Source: an uncultured bacterium
GTDB lineage: Bacteria > Acidobacteriota > HRBIN11 > JAKEFK01
DNA: 64,000 nucleotides
Assembly: GCA_963777505.1 (NCBI GenBank)
Contig: CAVZQN010000001.1
Location: 384,001-448,000 of the forward strand
Direction of reading: 5' to 3'
In this document: piece after piece, positions 36,043 through 46,721 of the stretch
Layout: each line of letters starts with the position of its first letter
Position numbering within the stretch: position 1 is the stretch's first letter
Program-made: the position numbers and the translations under genes
The notes under the pieces: generated by a model
The model's database searches: none
Told to the model about the DNA's origin: nothing
What the model saw: only the letters and a program-made list of their open reading frames with translations

Positions 36043-38298
36043 GTGATGCGTTTAACCGGAATCCTTGTCGTGATCGGACTTGCAATCTTTTCCAATCTAC
36101 TGTTTCCATCAACTGATAAGCCCTTGCTGGGTTATTCTGAAAAACAAGCTACAGAGCAGTTCGCTCTAGAGTCGAAATTCGACAGTCAGTTAAAAGCTGA
36201 AAATCTAAAAACCTGGATGCAGCGTTTAAGCGCAAGACCGCATCACACAGGTTCCCCATATGGAAAGGACAATGCAGAATTCATGGCCGGATTGTTCCGA
36301 TCGTGGGGATATAAAACTGAAATCGAAACTTTTCACGTCCTCTTTCCAACTCCAAAAACACGCGTTCTTGAGATGATTGAACCTGAAAAATATTCAGCCG
36401 TACTCACAGAACCTGAGATAGCAGAAGACAGCACCTCAGGTCAACAAAAAGAACAGCTTCCAACATATAACGCCTTCTCACGAGATGGTGATGTCACAGG
36501 CGAACTTGTTTACGTGAATTATGGCGTGCCCAAAGATTACGAAGAGCTGGAATTACGTGGAATTGATGTTCGTGGAAAAATTGTAATTGCGCGTTATGGC
36601 GGTTCATGGCGCGGAGTCAAACCAAAAGTAGCCGCCGAACATGGCGCGATTGGTTGCATTATTTATTCCGACCCGAAAGATGATGGTTATTACTTTGGAG
36701 ATGTATATCCGGCCGGTGGTTGGAGAAATGAAAATAGTGTTCAACGTGGTTCTGTTATGGATTTCTCTGAACACAGTGGAGATCCGCTAACACCTTTTAT
36801 TCCCGCCACGAAGGATGCAAAAAGAATTCCGCGCGAAAAGTCGAATAATATTACCAAAATTCCAGTGTTACCGATTTCGTATAAAGATGCACTTCCTCTG
36901 TTGCGCTCGTTGAAAGGTCATGTGGCTCCTGAAGCATGGCGCGGAAGTTTGCCGATTGCATATCATCTTGGGCCTGGTCCTGCGCGAGTTCATCTCAAAT
37001 TAGAATTTAACTGGGACATTGTACCTATATATAACGTGATCGCACGGATGCCTGGACGCGAATTGCCGGATCAATGGATCATCCGCGGAAATCATCATGA
37101 TGCATGGGTTAATGGCGCGACCGATCCAATCAGCGGAATGGTTGCCTTGATGGAAGAAGCAAGAGTCATTGGTGAACTTGCGAAAACTGGTTGGCAACCA
37201 AAACGCACGTTGATTTTTTGCGCATGGGATGCAGAAGAACAAGGACTTCTTGGTTCGATCGAATGGGTGGAAGCACACAGGGATGAACTTCTTCAGAAAG
37301 CTGTCGCTTATATCAATTCAGACAGCAATTCACGTGGATTCCTATCGGTTCAAGGATCACAAACTCTTGAAAAGTTTGTCAATCAGATTGCCCGTGATGT
37401 TGAAGATCCGTTCAAAAAAGTCAGTGTTCTTCAGCGAAAACGTGCAAATCTGGCGATAGCAGGAAGCTCCGAAGATCAGAAAGAAATCAGAAAGCGCGAC
37501 GATCTGAGAGTACCAGCCATAGGATCTGGATCTGATTACACTCCTTTTATTCAACATTCTGGAATTGCATCGCTTAACATTGGCTTCGGTGATGAAGAAG
37601 AATACGGCCAGTATCATTCCATCTATGATTCCTTTGATCATTACATAAAATACATGGATCCAGGCTTTGAATACGGAGTTGCCCTGGCAAAGACGGGCGG
37701 ACGAAGTGTACTGCGTCTTGCGAATGCGGAAGTACTTCCATTTGAATTCACCGGAATATCCGAAAGCATTTCCGGATATGTAGATGATTTGAAAGAACTG
37801 GCAGATAAAATGAGGGATGAAACGAATGAAAAAAATCTTCGAATTAAGAACAAAGAATATGAACTGTTATTCGATTCAAGAAAAAAGTTCGTAGCGCCTT
37901 CTTCACAGGATCCTGTCCCTTATTTGAATTTTGCACCCTTAGAAAATGCAGCCGCAAAACTGGAAGAAAGCGCCAAAAATTACAAACGCAAATATGATGC
38001 TGACATCTCATCAGGAAATACTCCTGGCAGTGAAAGTTCACAGAAGTTGAATGCAATCCTTATGAAGACAGAACGAGCATTAACACGAAAAGAGGGATTG
38101 CCTGGTCGCCCGTGGTGGCAGCATCAAATCTACGCACCGGGAGTTTATACCGGCTATGCCGCAGTACCATTACCTTCTATCAGTGAAGCGATCGATCAAA
38201 GGAAATGGAAACTTGCGGAAGAACAAATTGTAGTCGTTTCAGATACGTTGGAGAAATTCGCAGCCGAAATCGACCGCGCAACAGAAACATTACAATAG
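36043..38298 (+). CDS. M28 metallopeptidase (glutamate carboxypeptidase II-like, PA and TfR-dimer domains)
   Basis: Signal peptide, LVYVNYG, IIYSDP, GNHHDAW, GATDPISG, WDAEEQG, GSGSDY, YHSIYD and GLPGRPW. Confidence 0.92.
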   Translation: MMRLTGILVVIGLAIFSNLLFPSTDKPLLGYSEKQATEQFALESKFDSQLKAENLKTWMQRLSARPHHTGSPYGKDNAEFMAGLFRSWGYKTEIETFHVLFPTPKTRVLEMIEPEKYSAVLTEPEIAEDSTSGQQKEQLPTYNAFSRDGDVTGELVYVNYGVPKDYEELELRGIDVRGKIVIARYGGSWRGVKPKVAAEHGAIGCIIYSDPKDDGYYFGDVYPAGGWRNENSVQRGSVMDFSEHSGDPLTPFIPATKDAKRIPREKSNNITKIPVLPISYKDALPLLRSLKGHVAPEAWRGSLPIAYHLGPGPARVHLKLEFNWDIVPIYNVIARMPGRELPDQWIIRGNHHDAWVNGATDPISGMVALMEEARVIGELAKTGWQPKRTLIFCAWDAEEQGLLGSIEWVEAHRDELLQKAVAYINSDSNSRGFLSVQGSQTLEKFVNQIARDVEDPFKKVSVLQRKRANLAIAGSSEDQKEIRKRDDLRVPAIGSGSDYTPFIQHSGIASLNIGFGDEEEYGQYHSIYDSFDHYIKYMDPGFEYGVALAKTGGRSVLRLANAEVLPFEFTGISESISGYVDDLKELADKMRDETNEKNLRIKNKEYELLFDSRKKFVAPSSQDPVPYLNFAPLENAAAKLEESAKNYKRKYDADISSGNTPGSESSQKLNAILMKTERALTRKEGLPGRPWWQHQIYAPGVYTGYAAVPLPSISEAIDQRKWKLAEEQIVVVSDTLEKFAAEIDRATETLQ

Positions 38299-38387
38299 CA
38301 ATTTGTAACGCCGGCGTCTCGTCGGCTTTTCTAGATTTACCGCTGAGTCTCAGAGCCTTTGCGGTAAATTATTAATAAGGAGGAACT

Positions 38388-38819
38388 ATGGCTACCAATG
38401 TAAAACCAATTCCTGATGGATATCATTCGATCACACCGATTATTCAAGCGGCTGGCGCATCTGAATTTATCGATTTTTTGAAAAGCGCTTTTGACGCCAG
38501 AGAAATTAAGCGTTACGCAGATCCAAACGGTACGATCATGCACGCAGAAATTCAGATCGGCGACTCAAGAATAATGCTTTCGGATTCGTCGGAAGAATTT
38601 GAAGCATGGCCAACTCGCATTCAGCTATATGTAAATGATGTTGATACAACTTACAACAAAGCCCTGGAGGCAGGTGCCACATCACTACGCCCGCCTACCG
38701 ATCAGTTCTACGGAGACCGCAGCGGCGGAGTGAAAGACAAATGGGGCAACCAATGGTGGATCGGGACACATAAAGAAGATTTGACACCGGAGGATATCGA
38801 GAAACGGATGAAACATTAA
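38388..38819 (+). CDS. VOC/PhnB family protein
   Basis: PIPDGYHSITP, IMHAEIQIGDS and DQFYGDRSGGVKDKWGNQW. Confidence 0.92.
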   Translation: MATNVKPIPDGYHSITPIIQAAGASEFIDFLKSAFDAREIKRYADPNGTIMHAEIQIGDSRIMLSDSSEEFEAWPTRIQLYVNDVDTTYNKALEAGATSLRPPTDQFYGDRSGGVKDKWGNQWWIGTHKEDLTPEDIEKRMKH

Positions 38820-38838
38820 CCAAATGTAAGGGGGACCG

Positions 38839-39408
38839 ATGCCTGCAAATCTTGTTGTATTTGCAATCTTTCTGACCTTTGTGATTGTGCTGATATTTCG
38901 CAGCATAAAGATTGTTCCAGCTACAAAAAAGATGATCGTGTCCCGATTGGGCCGTTTTCATGCAGTCCACAACTCCGGGATGGCAGTGCTTGTTCCGTTT
39001 ATTGATAAAGGAACACTTGTGGATATGCAACGCCAGACGATCGAATTAAAAATCGATAAAGCTTCAATCCTGGATAGTTCGCCTGTGAATTTGACGATTC
39101 AAATTGGATATTCTGTTGTTGATCCAGCAAAGGCCACGCTGAATGTCGCCGACTACAAATCTGCAATTTTGACACTGTCAGAAACGCAAGTCAGAAATAA
39201 CTGTTCGGAAGCAACCCTTACAGAAGTGCTGGCGGAACGGCCTAAACTTCAAGAGAAAATTCGAGATGCTGTGAATGCCTCCGCACGGGAATGGGGTATC
39301 AATGTTGATGATCTTGTTATCAGTTTTGTAGATGTTGATGAAAACGTTCAGCACGAATTGCGCCGTAAGGCTGAAGCCGAACGCTTAAGACGTTTGATGA
39401 CGGAATGA
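38839..39408 (+). CDS. SPFH/band 7 domain protein (short)
   Basis: N-terminal TM segment, SIKIVP, RLGRF, VPFID and WGINV. Confidence 0.82.
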   Translation: MPANLVVFAIFLTFVIVLIFRSIKIVPATKKMIVSRLGRFHAVHNSGMAVLVPFIDKGTLVDMQRQTIELKIDKASILDSSPVNLTIQIGYSVVDPAKATLNVADYKSAILTLSETQVRNNCSEATLTEVLAERPKLQEKIRDAVNASAREWGINVDDLVISFVDVDENVQHELRRKAEAERLRRLMTE

Positions 39409-39444
39409 CTACCCACAATCGATTACTCGCATAGATTTAGAAAT

Positions 39445-39966
39445 ATGGAACTACAACTTTTTCGCATCATAGCAGGCGCGTTATTGTTATTGTCAGGACG
39501 CCGTCTCTTCTGGCTGTTTGTTGGTGTTCTTGGATTTTTGGCAGGGATTACATTTGCGACTCAATATTTTTCAGGCCAACCTTCATGGATGTTATTGCTA
39601 GTAGCTGTGGGGTGTGGACTTATTGGAATTTTACTAGCAGTATTCCTGCAAAAACTTGCTATTGCGATTGGAGGGTTTCTCGCCGGAGGATTGTTCACAC
39701 AAACATTCGCTCAATCGATCGGATGGAATATCGCTCCACTGATTCCATTCGTACTTGGCGGCATACTTGGCGCGATTCTTCTGTCAGTACTGTTTGATTG
39801 GGCATTAATTTTCTTGTCTTCCATCACAGGAGCAATCCTTATCTCTCGCGCGCTACCCTTAGATCCGACAATGAATCTTGTCGTGTTCGTTGTGTTGCTG
39901 ATCTTTGGTATCTTTGTTCAATCCCGATATTTTGCTCCGCCAACGGCTGATAGAAAGCTTGCTTGA
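39445..39966 (+). CDS. DUF4203/TMEM198-like membrane protein
   Basis: GRRLFW...GFLAG, Gly-rich TM helices, IFLSSITGA and GIFVQ. Confidence 0.78.
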   Translation: MELQLFRIIAGALLLLSGRRLFWLFVGVLGFLAGITFATQYFSGQPSWMLLLVAVGCGLIGILLAVFLQKLAIAIGGFLAGGLFTQTFAQSIGWNIAPLIPFVLGGILGAILLSVLFDWALIFLSSITGAILISRALPLDPTMNLVVFVVLLIFGIFVQSRYFAPPTADRKLA

Positions 39967-39975
39967 CATCCGAGA

Positions 39976-40539
39976 TCAATCATCGTCATCATCCTTTTTT
40001 TCTGCTTTTGCAAGTCCTGCTGATGCCTCAGCAATGCTTTGCATTTGTGCGTTCAGGCTTTCGGAAATCTTACTCATCGAAACCATTTTCTGCAGATAGT
40101 ACTTTTTGTCTTCGTTAGAATCCTTGATACTCTCTTTCATTACTGAATGGAGAGCTTCCATAATGTTTTTATTCTGTGCGCCTGGCTTTAGTTGATCCGC
40201 CAATTTCACGGCCTCATCCTTTTTCTGGGGTGAATCGTAGTCTCTGAGATTCTGCAAGTATTCTGTGACTTCCTTTTTCGCTGTATTGAAGTACTTCACC
40301 TTGTCTGCATAAAATCTCAGATCTTCAGTAGTTTGCATGTATGATTCGCGCAGCACATCTTGAACCAATGCATTTGGATCGACGGCACCCCCTGAATTAG
40401 CACTTTCAGTAACGAAGCTATCCCAATGGCTTGCAATACCACGATTTGTTTTTTCAGCTTGTATTGGCTGAGTGGAATTATTCGATTTGATTTCCGTTGA
40501 TTGAGGCTGAACAGCGGGTTGATCCGGTTTTATTTTCAT
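39976..40539 (-). CDS. Hypothetical helical protein with an internal duplication
   Basis: Low-complexity N-terminus, two related segments (VLRESYMQTTEDLRFYADK and VMKESIKDSNEDKKYYLQK), and an acidic tail. Confidence 0.75.
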   Translation of the reverse strand: MKIKPDQPAVQPQSTEIKSNNSTQPIQAEKTNRGIASHWDSFVTESANSGGAVDPNALVQDVLRESYMQTTEDLRFYADKVKYFNTAKKEVTEYLQNLRDYDSPQKKDEAVKLADQLKPGAQNKNIMEALHSVMKESIKDSNEDKKYYLQKMVSMSKISESLNAQMQSIAEASAGLAKAEKKDDDDD

Positions 40540-40567
40540 GGCGAAGGCTCCTAAATGCTATTCTGAT

Positions 40568-41986
40568 CTATCTCGATGTCGAATTCAACGATTGTGCAAT
40601 TTGATCGAGAATCGACAGGGTTTTACGGACATCGTCTTCTGTGGTTCGAGGATTGATGGGACACAAACGGAGTACGATCTTTCCCCGAATTTGCGTAGTG
40701 AGAACCAGGGCAAAACCATTCTCAGTCATACCTCGAGCAATTTCTTGGTTTAATTTGTTAGCATCCTCAATTGAAATTCCTTGAGGTGCATAACGAAACG
40801 TCACAATCGCCATTTGAGCTGGCGTAACAATCTCCCAATCTTTCATTCCAGAAATTAACGACTCCGCAAATTCTGAAATTCGAAAACCATGTTCGATTGC
40901 TGCTGCGAAAGTATCACTGCCGAATACCTTTAGCGACATCCATAATTTCAGAGCCCGAAACGATCGTGTCAATTGAATACCATAGTCACAGAAGTTTATT
41001 TCTTCCGCACCACTTTCAACATCTTTCATATATTCTGGCAAGATTTGAAATGTTTGTTTCAACCAGTTACGATCGCGCACCAGAACACATCCAATTTCAA
41101 AAGGTTGAAACAACCATTTATGTGGATCCATAGAAAGTGAATCTACTTTGTTGATCCCTTGCAATAATTGCTTGCCGCGTTCACACAACACCGCAGCGGC
41201 CCCGTAAGCGCCATCAACATGCAGCCAGATATTTTGTTCTTTGCAAAAGTCTGCAAGTTGCGAGATGGGATCAATCGCACCTGTATTCGTTGTTCCTGCA
41301 TTTGCGACAACACAGAAAGGACGTTTCCCTGCCCTGCGATCAGCTTCAACTGCTGATGACAACAAGGAAAGATCGATCCGCAATTGATTATCGCTTGAGA
41401 TTTTCCTAAATTGATCTCGTTGAAAGCCAAGTATACTTACGCCCCGTTCGATCGATGAATGAGTTTGATCCGAACAATACACAATCGCGTTATCCATCTT
41501 TCCACCAAGATGTATGTTTCTTGCGGTCGCGATCGCTGTAATATTTGCAACAGATCCACCGCTAACAAATAAGCCGCCACCTTCTGCAGGAAGGCCGCAA
41601 GCATCACGAAGCCATTCAATCGTTAACAACTCCACTTCAGCCGGGCCTGAAGCTTCCAGCCATGTTCCGGCAAACACATTTAATCCCGAAGCAAGCGTGT
41701 CGGCCATTGTGCTCACAAAATTCGAAGGGCTTGGAATAAATGCAAAAAAACGAGGATGATCGGGATGCATCATTGCATCCTGAATCTTTTGCTGAAATTC
41801 TTGAAGCACTGCTTCAGCAGACATTCCATTTTTCGGAATCGGCTCCCGCAACCTTGTTTCAAGCTCATTACGACTCAGATGATTTGTAACAGTTTGATTG
41901 CTGATAGTTTCAAAATGATCTACAAGAAGATCGATTACACGATAACCAAATGATCGCATTTCTTCGCGGCTGAGTTTTAGCATCAT
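40568..41986 (-). CDS. Group II PLP-dependent decarboxylase (aromatic amino acid decarboxylase-like)
   Basis: HPRFFAFIP, SGGSVAN, QTHSS, AGTTNTGAID, WLHVDGAYG and DPHKWLFQP. Confidence 0.93.
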   Translation of the reverse strand: MMLKLSREEMRSFGYRVIDLLVDHFETISNQTVTNHLSRNELETRLREPIPKNGMSAEAVLQEFQQKIQDAMMHPDHPRFFAFIPSPSNFVSTMADTLASGLNVFAGTWLEASGPAEVELLTIEWLRDACGLPAEGGGLFVSGGSVANITAIATARNIHLGGKMDNAIVYCSDQTHSSIERGVSILGFQRDQFRKISSDNQLRIDLSLLSSAVEADRRAGKRPFCVVANAGTTNTGAIDPISQLADFCKEQNIWLHVDGAYGAAAVLCERGKQLLQGINKVDSLSMDPHKWLFQPFEIGCVLVRDRNWLKQTFQILPEYMKDVESGAEEINFCDYGIQLTRSFRALKLWMSLKVFGSDTFAAAIEHGFRISEFAESLISGMKDWEIVTPAQMAIVTFRYAPQGISIEDANKLNQEIARGMTENGFALVLTTQIRGKIVLRLCPINPRTTEDDVRKTLSILDQIAQSLNSTSR

Positions 41987-42049
41987 GTCATTTTAATCCA
42001 CTCTGTCCATCTTTGTGTCTTTGTGGTTGAATATTTTCTGAGGTGATTT

Positions 42050-43132
42050 ATGACCCAACAAAATACCTTTGATTCAAACAAAGCAGAGGCTTTTGCCGGA
42101 AAATTAATGACAACACTCAACAATGGCGCGCTCTGTTTAATGATTTCCATTGGACATCGTTCGCGTCTGTTTGATGTAATACGAAATTTATCGCCCTCTA
42201 CTTCTGAAGAAATTGCATCCGCCGCAGGATTAAACGAACGTTATGTCCGCGAATGGCTGGGAGCGATGGTTACATCAGGAATCGTTGATATAGATCCGGA
42301 AACAAATCGCTGTTCTCTTCCAGCGGAACATGCAGCATTTTTAACTCGCGCAGCTGGAGCTGACAACATCTCAGTCTTTGCACAATACATTGCAGTTTTG
42401 GGCGAAGTTGAAGATGAAATTCTGCATTGTTTTAACAACGGCGGCGGCGTTCCATATTCCAAATTTCCAAGATTCCACGAAGTTATGTCCGAAGATAGCA
42501 CTCAATCCGTTCTCTCTACGTTGGAATCACATGTCCTTCCTCTTGTGCCTGGATTGAAAGAACATCTCCAAAAAGGGATCAAAGTTCTGGATGTTGGAAG
42601 TGGAATGGGCAGAATTATGATTCAGCTGGCACGGCTGTTTCCAAAAAGCAACTTCACCGGAATGGATCTTTCGGAGGAAGCAACTGAAAATGCAAACAAA
42701 GAAGCATCAAAACAAGGATTGCGAAACATACTATTCATCATTAAGGATTTGAGTGACTTTAATAAAACAGCTGAACCTGAAGCGTTTGATTTCATTACCA
42801 CATTTGACGCGATTCATGACCAGGGGAAGCCATTAAATGTATTGAAAGGGATCTATCGCTCGTTGAAACCTGATGGAACTTATTTAATGCAAGACATCAG
42901 TGGAACAAGCAACATGCATAAAGATAAGGATCATCCAGTTGGAACATTTCTTTACACAATTTCGTGCATGCATTGCATGACGGTTTCACTTGCTCAGGGA
43001 GGCGAAGGCTTAGGAGCAATGTGGGGTGAAGGCAAGACTCGTGAATATCTTCAGAAGGCAGGTTTCCGCTCAATCACTACAAAAAAACTTGCACACGATA
43101 TTCAAAATAACTGGTACGTCATCACGAAATGA
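42050..43132 (+). CDS. Class I SAM-dependent methyltransferase with an N-terminal wHTH (Rv2258c-like)
   Basis: GLNERYVREWL, GGGVPY, VLDVGSGMG, FDAIHD and SCMHCMTVSLAQGGEGLGAMWG. Confidence 0.9.
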   Translation: MTQQNTFDSNKAEAFAGKLMTTLNNGALCLMISIGHRSRLFDVIRNLSPSTSEEIASAAGLNERYVREWLGAMVTSGIVDIDPETNRCSLPAEHAAFLTRAAGADNISVFAQYIAVLGEVEDEILHCFNNGGGVPYSKFPRFHEVMSEDSTQSVLSTLESHVLPLVPGLKEHLQKGIKVLDVGSGMGRIMIQLARLFPKSNFTGMDLSEEATENANKEASKQGLRNILFIIKDLSDFNKTAEPEAFDFITTFDAIHDQGKPLNVLKGIYRSLKPDGTYLMQDISGTSNMHKDKDHPVGTFLYTISCMHCMTVSLAQGGEGLGAMWGEGKTREYLQKAGFRSITTKKLAHDIQNNWYVITK

Positions 43133-43155
43133 ATGAACCGCAAAGGCGCAAAAAG

Positions 43156-45402
43156 CTAACGTTGCCAGGCGTAGGAAACTTTAAAAAAGATTGTGCGATT
43201 TGTGCGAACAAGCGAATTTGAATTATCCACAAGTCCACTATCTCCGTAACCAATAAATAGATTGGTTTGCCAGTTCAAACGATACCCGTAAAGAATCGAT
43301 CCCAAAAATTGCCCATCTCTTTCAGGAACTTCGAAAGAGTAAAGATTCTGGTCTCGCGTAGTTGTAACATACTGGCCGATCGCACGAATAAACGAACGTG
43401 GGTTAAATACATAAACGCCTTTCAGCCTTGCAATGTTAGCTGTGTAAAGGCGTCCTTCAACAACGGAACTTTCATTGATATCGAGCCATTCGCGCGTAGC
43501 ATCCGCCACTAGCGTTAAATGATCAAAAGGCCGTACATTCGCTTGCAGAGTCATGCTTGTGCCGGTACCGACACGCAAATTATCGAAATCAATTTGCTCC
43601 CCCGCCCTTCCTAGAAACATAATGCGCGGGAATCGTCTGGATGGATCAAGTTGAATGAAGTATGAAAGGTATCTTTGCGTCAGGAGCTGATCAGCAACCT
43701 GGACTTTGTTATCATGAAATTCAAATTCGGCTGTTAGATTTCGGCTGCCTTGTAAAAACACGCCGCCAAAATAATCGTGCCCAAGATCATCACCATTCGT
43801 GAAGAAGAATTGATCAGCAACTCCATACGTACGGATAAAGCTGAAATATTTACCTTCTGGATAGAAGCGTAAGCCAAGACTTGCAAGACCCTCTCGAAAA
43901 CCTACTTGTGGGACAAACCCTGTGTCTGCACGAAATTCATTACCAAAATCGTTATACCGAAAACGCCAATCGTATCGCGTAACCTGTCGATCCCAGGTGA
44001 CCTGTGCAGCATGCGAGCTGAACTTTTGTCCTGTAAACAATGGAAAAGTATCCGGCTGGTCAGGATTTTCTGTACTGCTGTACACGAACTGTCCTGAAAA
44101 TACATCAGAATTTGTGGGACGCCATTGAGCATCAGGACCAAACACGCGATTGTGTCCGCCTCCTGAAATTTCGCGATCTGTAAACATAAAACTTCCAAAA
44201 GCTTCTCCGAAATCCTGGCGCACCCGGCCTAATGAAACGATCGATTCGAAGTCTTGCGGCGCAAACAAAGAAAATTCTGGGCCCGGCAACACGAGTAGTC
44301 CTCCCCCTAGATCCTGCGCGGAGAGAATTGTGTACGATGTGTTTCCAGCTTTTCCAGTTGCACGAACTCCCCAATTTGGATCTGTGATTGTTCTTGTATA
44401 CACAATTTGAATCGGAGAATTTAGCAGATCTGCACCTTCAAGAAAGAATGGACGCTTTTCAGGAAAAAATAATGCGAAGCGTTGGTTGATTGCAATTTGT
44501 GGAACATCTGATTCCACTTGCGAAAAATCGGGACGAATCGTTGCATCAATCGTGCTGTTTGCTGTCGGATTCCATTTAACATCCACACCGGCATCGCCTT
44601 CTGAGTCCCTTTCAAAGCTTTCGTTTTCACCAAAGCGATTCTGTTCAGTTGAAGCGGTTGCAAAAGGCGCAACAACGAGATGACGCGATGACGGAAGTTG
44701 TGTTACGCCTGTTAACTCATGCATGTGACAGACGAAACAATTGGAACCCCGATCCATTGGTGCGCTATGAAATGCATAGCGGAAATCTCGTGGATAATTT
44801 CTCCACACCCAAAAAGCCCACGTTTGTGGATCGGTCTTTGGATAACGCAAAGTAGTGAGTGGAATACGAAACTCACCTTGCCAGCCTTCGGATGTTATTT
44901 TCGCGGCAGTGTCATAAAAAAAATCGGGCGAGAAATCCTCGGTGAATGTGGCATCATCAAAAATTCCGTCACTCTGAATCCCCCGCGGATTAATTCGAAA
45001 CTCAAGCGCACTTCGTTTATCGTTCTTGGTGTCGATGAAAATTGCGATGTTATCATCCGTGCCAATGACCTGGTCACGCTCAACATACGGCGCACGAATT
45101 TTTGACGGATCGGGGTCGTCTGCTTTTATACCTACATAAAAGTACTGATCATCGTACGTTACATAGGCAATCGTTTTCACTTTCGCTGGAGTATTGTTGC
45201 CAGGCGAAGTTTCATAAAATCTATCGAAATATGTAGCAGTCTTCCAACCGGCATCCGTAAGATCGCCATCAATAATGATTTGTGCGTTCGTTCGCTTTAA
45301 TTGTTGCGGCTCCGGTTTAGGAATTGGCTCCTCAGCAACTGCTGCTTTTGCTGAAAGCAAAATAGCGACAATAGTCCCCACCCTGGCGATAAAACTTTTC
45401 AT
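43156..45402 (-). CDS. CBM9-like plus DUF5916 outer-membrane protein
   Basis: Signal peptide, IDGDLTD..W, INPRGIQSD, PDFSQVESD, FFPEKRPFFLEG and C-terminal FFKVSY. Confidence 0.85.
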   Translation of the reverse strand: MKSFIARVGTIVAILLSAKAAVAEEPIPKPEPQQLKRTNAQIIIDGDLTDAGWKTATYFDRFYETSPGNNTPAKVKTIAYVTYDDQYFYVGIKADDPDPSKIRAPYVERDQVIGTDDNIAIFIDTKNDKRSALEFRINPRGIQSDGIFDDATFTEDFSPDFFYDTAAKITSEGWQGEFRIPLTTLRYPKTDPQTWAFWVWRNYPRDFRYAFHSAPMDRGSNCFVCHMHELTGVTQLPSSRHLVVAPFATASTEQNRFGENESFERDSEGDAGVDVKWNPTANSTIDATIRPDFSQVESDVPQIAINQRFALFFPEKRPFFLEGADLLNSPIQIVYTRTITDPNWGVRATGKAGNTSYTILSAQDLGGGLLVLPGPEFSLFAPQDFESIVSLGRVRQDFGEAFGSFMFTDREISGGGHNRVFGPDAQWRPTNSDVFSGQFVYSSTENPDQPDTFPLFTGQKFSSHAAQVTWDRQVTRYDWRFRYNDFGNEFRADTGFVPQVGFREGLASLGLRFYPEGKYFSFIRTYGVADQFFFTNGDDLGHDYFGGVFLQGSRNLTAEFEFHDNKVQVADQLLTQRYLSYFIQLDPSRRFPRIMFLGRAGEQIDFDNLRVGTGTSMTLQANVRPFDHLTLVADATREWLDINESSVVEGRLYTANIARLKGVYVFNPRSFIRAIGQYVTTTRDQNLYSFEVPERDGQFLGSILYGYRLNWQTNLFIGYGDSGLVDNSNSLVRTNRTIFFKVSYAWQR

Positions 45403-45545
45403 GACCTTTCCTTAAAACAGTTGGTTGATTTTGAAACCAGGAACACTTCACCCAATTTTCCATTAACTAGACGTAAATCAGGCAAAATTGTTCGTCAGTG
45501 TTATTGGACGAGCTAAACCGGCAAATGGTTGGCTTATACTGCAAA

Positions 45546-46704
45546 TTAAGGTTCTAAACGGGCAAAGAAGCCACCCGATGCGTATTGTCCATTCCGAACA
45601 CGAAGAACGATCTGATTCTGGCCAGCTTTTAGTGGGATTTCTATTTTTCGACCTGCATGATCTGGATTCTTCCAAAAATCAAACCAGGCATTCCAGTCAT
45701 TACCCTCGGACATGTACCCGTCCCGATAAATGAAAGTCAGGAACTCACCATTCACAAAAAGCGCAAGTTCATCGATCGTCGTCACATGCAGAATAGCACT
45801 CTTATTCGTGTCTGATGAAATCTGGGTTCGAAAGTATGCAACGGTTTTTTCTCCTCTATATTCTGTGATGCGCGCCGTAATCACAGCTCCTCGCGCGTCC
45901 GTATTAAACGGCTTCCAATTCGCCACTGTCGTTAAATGCTCGATTGATTCGTTAGGCTTCGAAAAGGGACCAAGTACTTGCCAATTCGTTAGCAGCATTT
46001 CGGGCTGATATGCGATTGCCGGAATTTTTTCACCATGATAGCTAAGCTTATCGATTGAGCTGACTTTGATGATTATCGATCCAAACTTCTGTCCCCACTA
46101 TTCTTGGCTTAAAACCGATCATTCCTGAAGTGAGTTCCAGCAAATCAAAAACAATTTTCGGCGTGTTCATGTCATTGACATAAAAGTGGCAAACAGTACC
46201 CATAACTTCCACTTTGAATCTATGCCATGAATTGATTCGAATCGCTTCGCTATCCTTTAATGGTGTTTTATATTCTTCATACAACAAACGTGAGGCGTTG
46301 GCATCTCTCCATGGATTCACAACCAGATAGCTGTCGTTTCCTTTGATATAAATATTGCCAAAGTCTCTACGCCCTCCATTGTCGGAATAGTTATATATGA
46401 CTCCTAAATAGTTATCGCCATCATCCGGAAAAAGGACTTCACCTTCAATCCTGACGGCTCCCCATTTTTCGGAGCCCCTGATCAATGCATATACTTCGCC
46501 ATTTGGTTGAAGTTGCATTACCTGTCCGTGATTCGGATCTTTCGAATTGATCAATTGAATTGACTCCGAACCAACAAAAAGCCAACCAGAAGTTTCTTGA
46601 CTTTCAAAGGAGTCTACAAAAAGCTCCTTTCCATGAGCGATGCCAATGCTTCCAATAAAAATAATGGACAATACGATTCCAGCCAGAATTATTTTCGTCA
46701 TCAT
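45546..46704 (-). CDS. Secreted two-domain beta-sandwich protein (DUF1080/LamG-like plus jelly roll), frameshifted near 46071
   Basis: Signal peptide and WHRFKVEV. Removing one base gives VWIDNIKVSSIDKLSY...PEMLLTNWQVLGPF, joining ORFs 46048-46704 and 45546-45998. Confidence 0.72.
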
Positions 46705-46721
46705 GGGGCAAGTCTAGAGAA

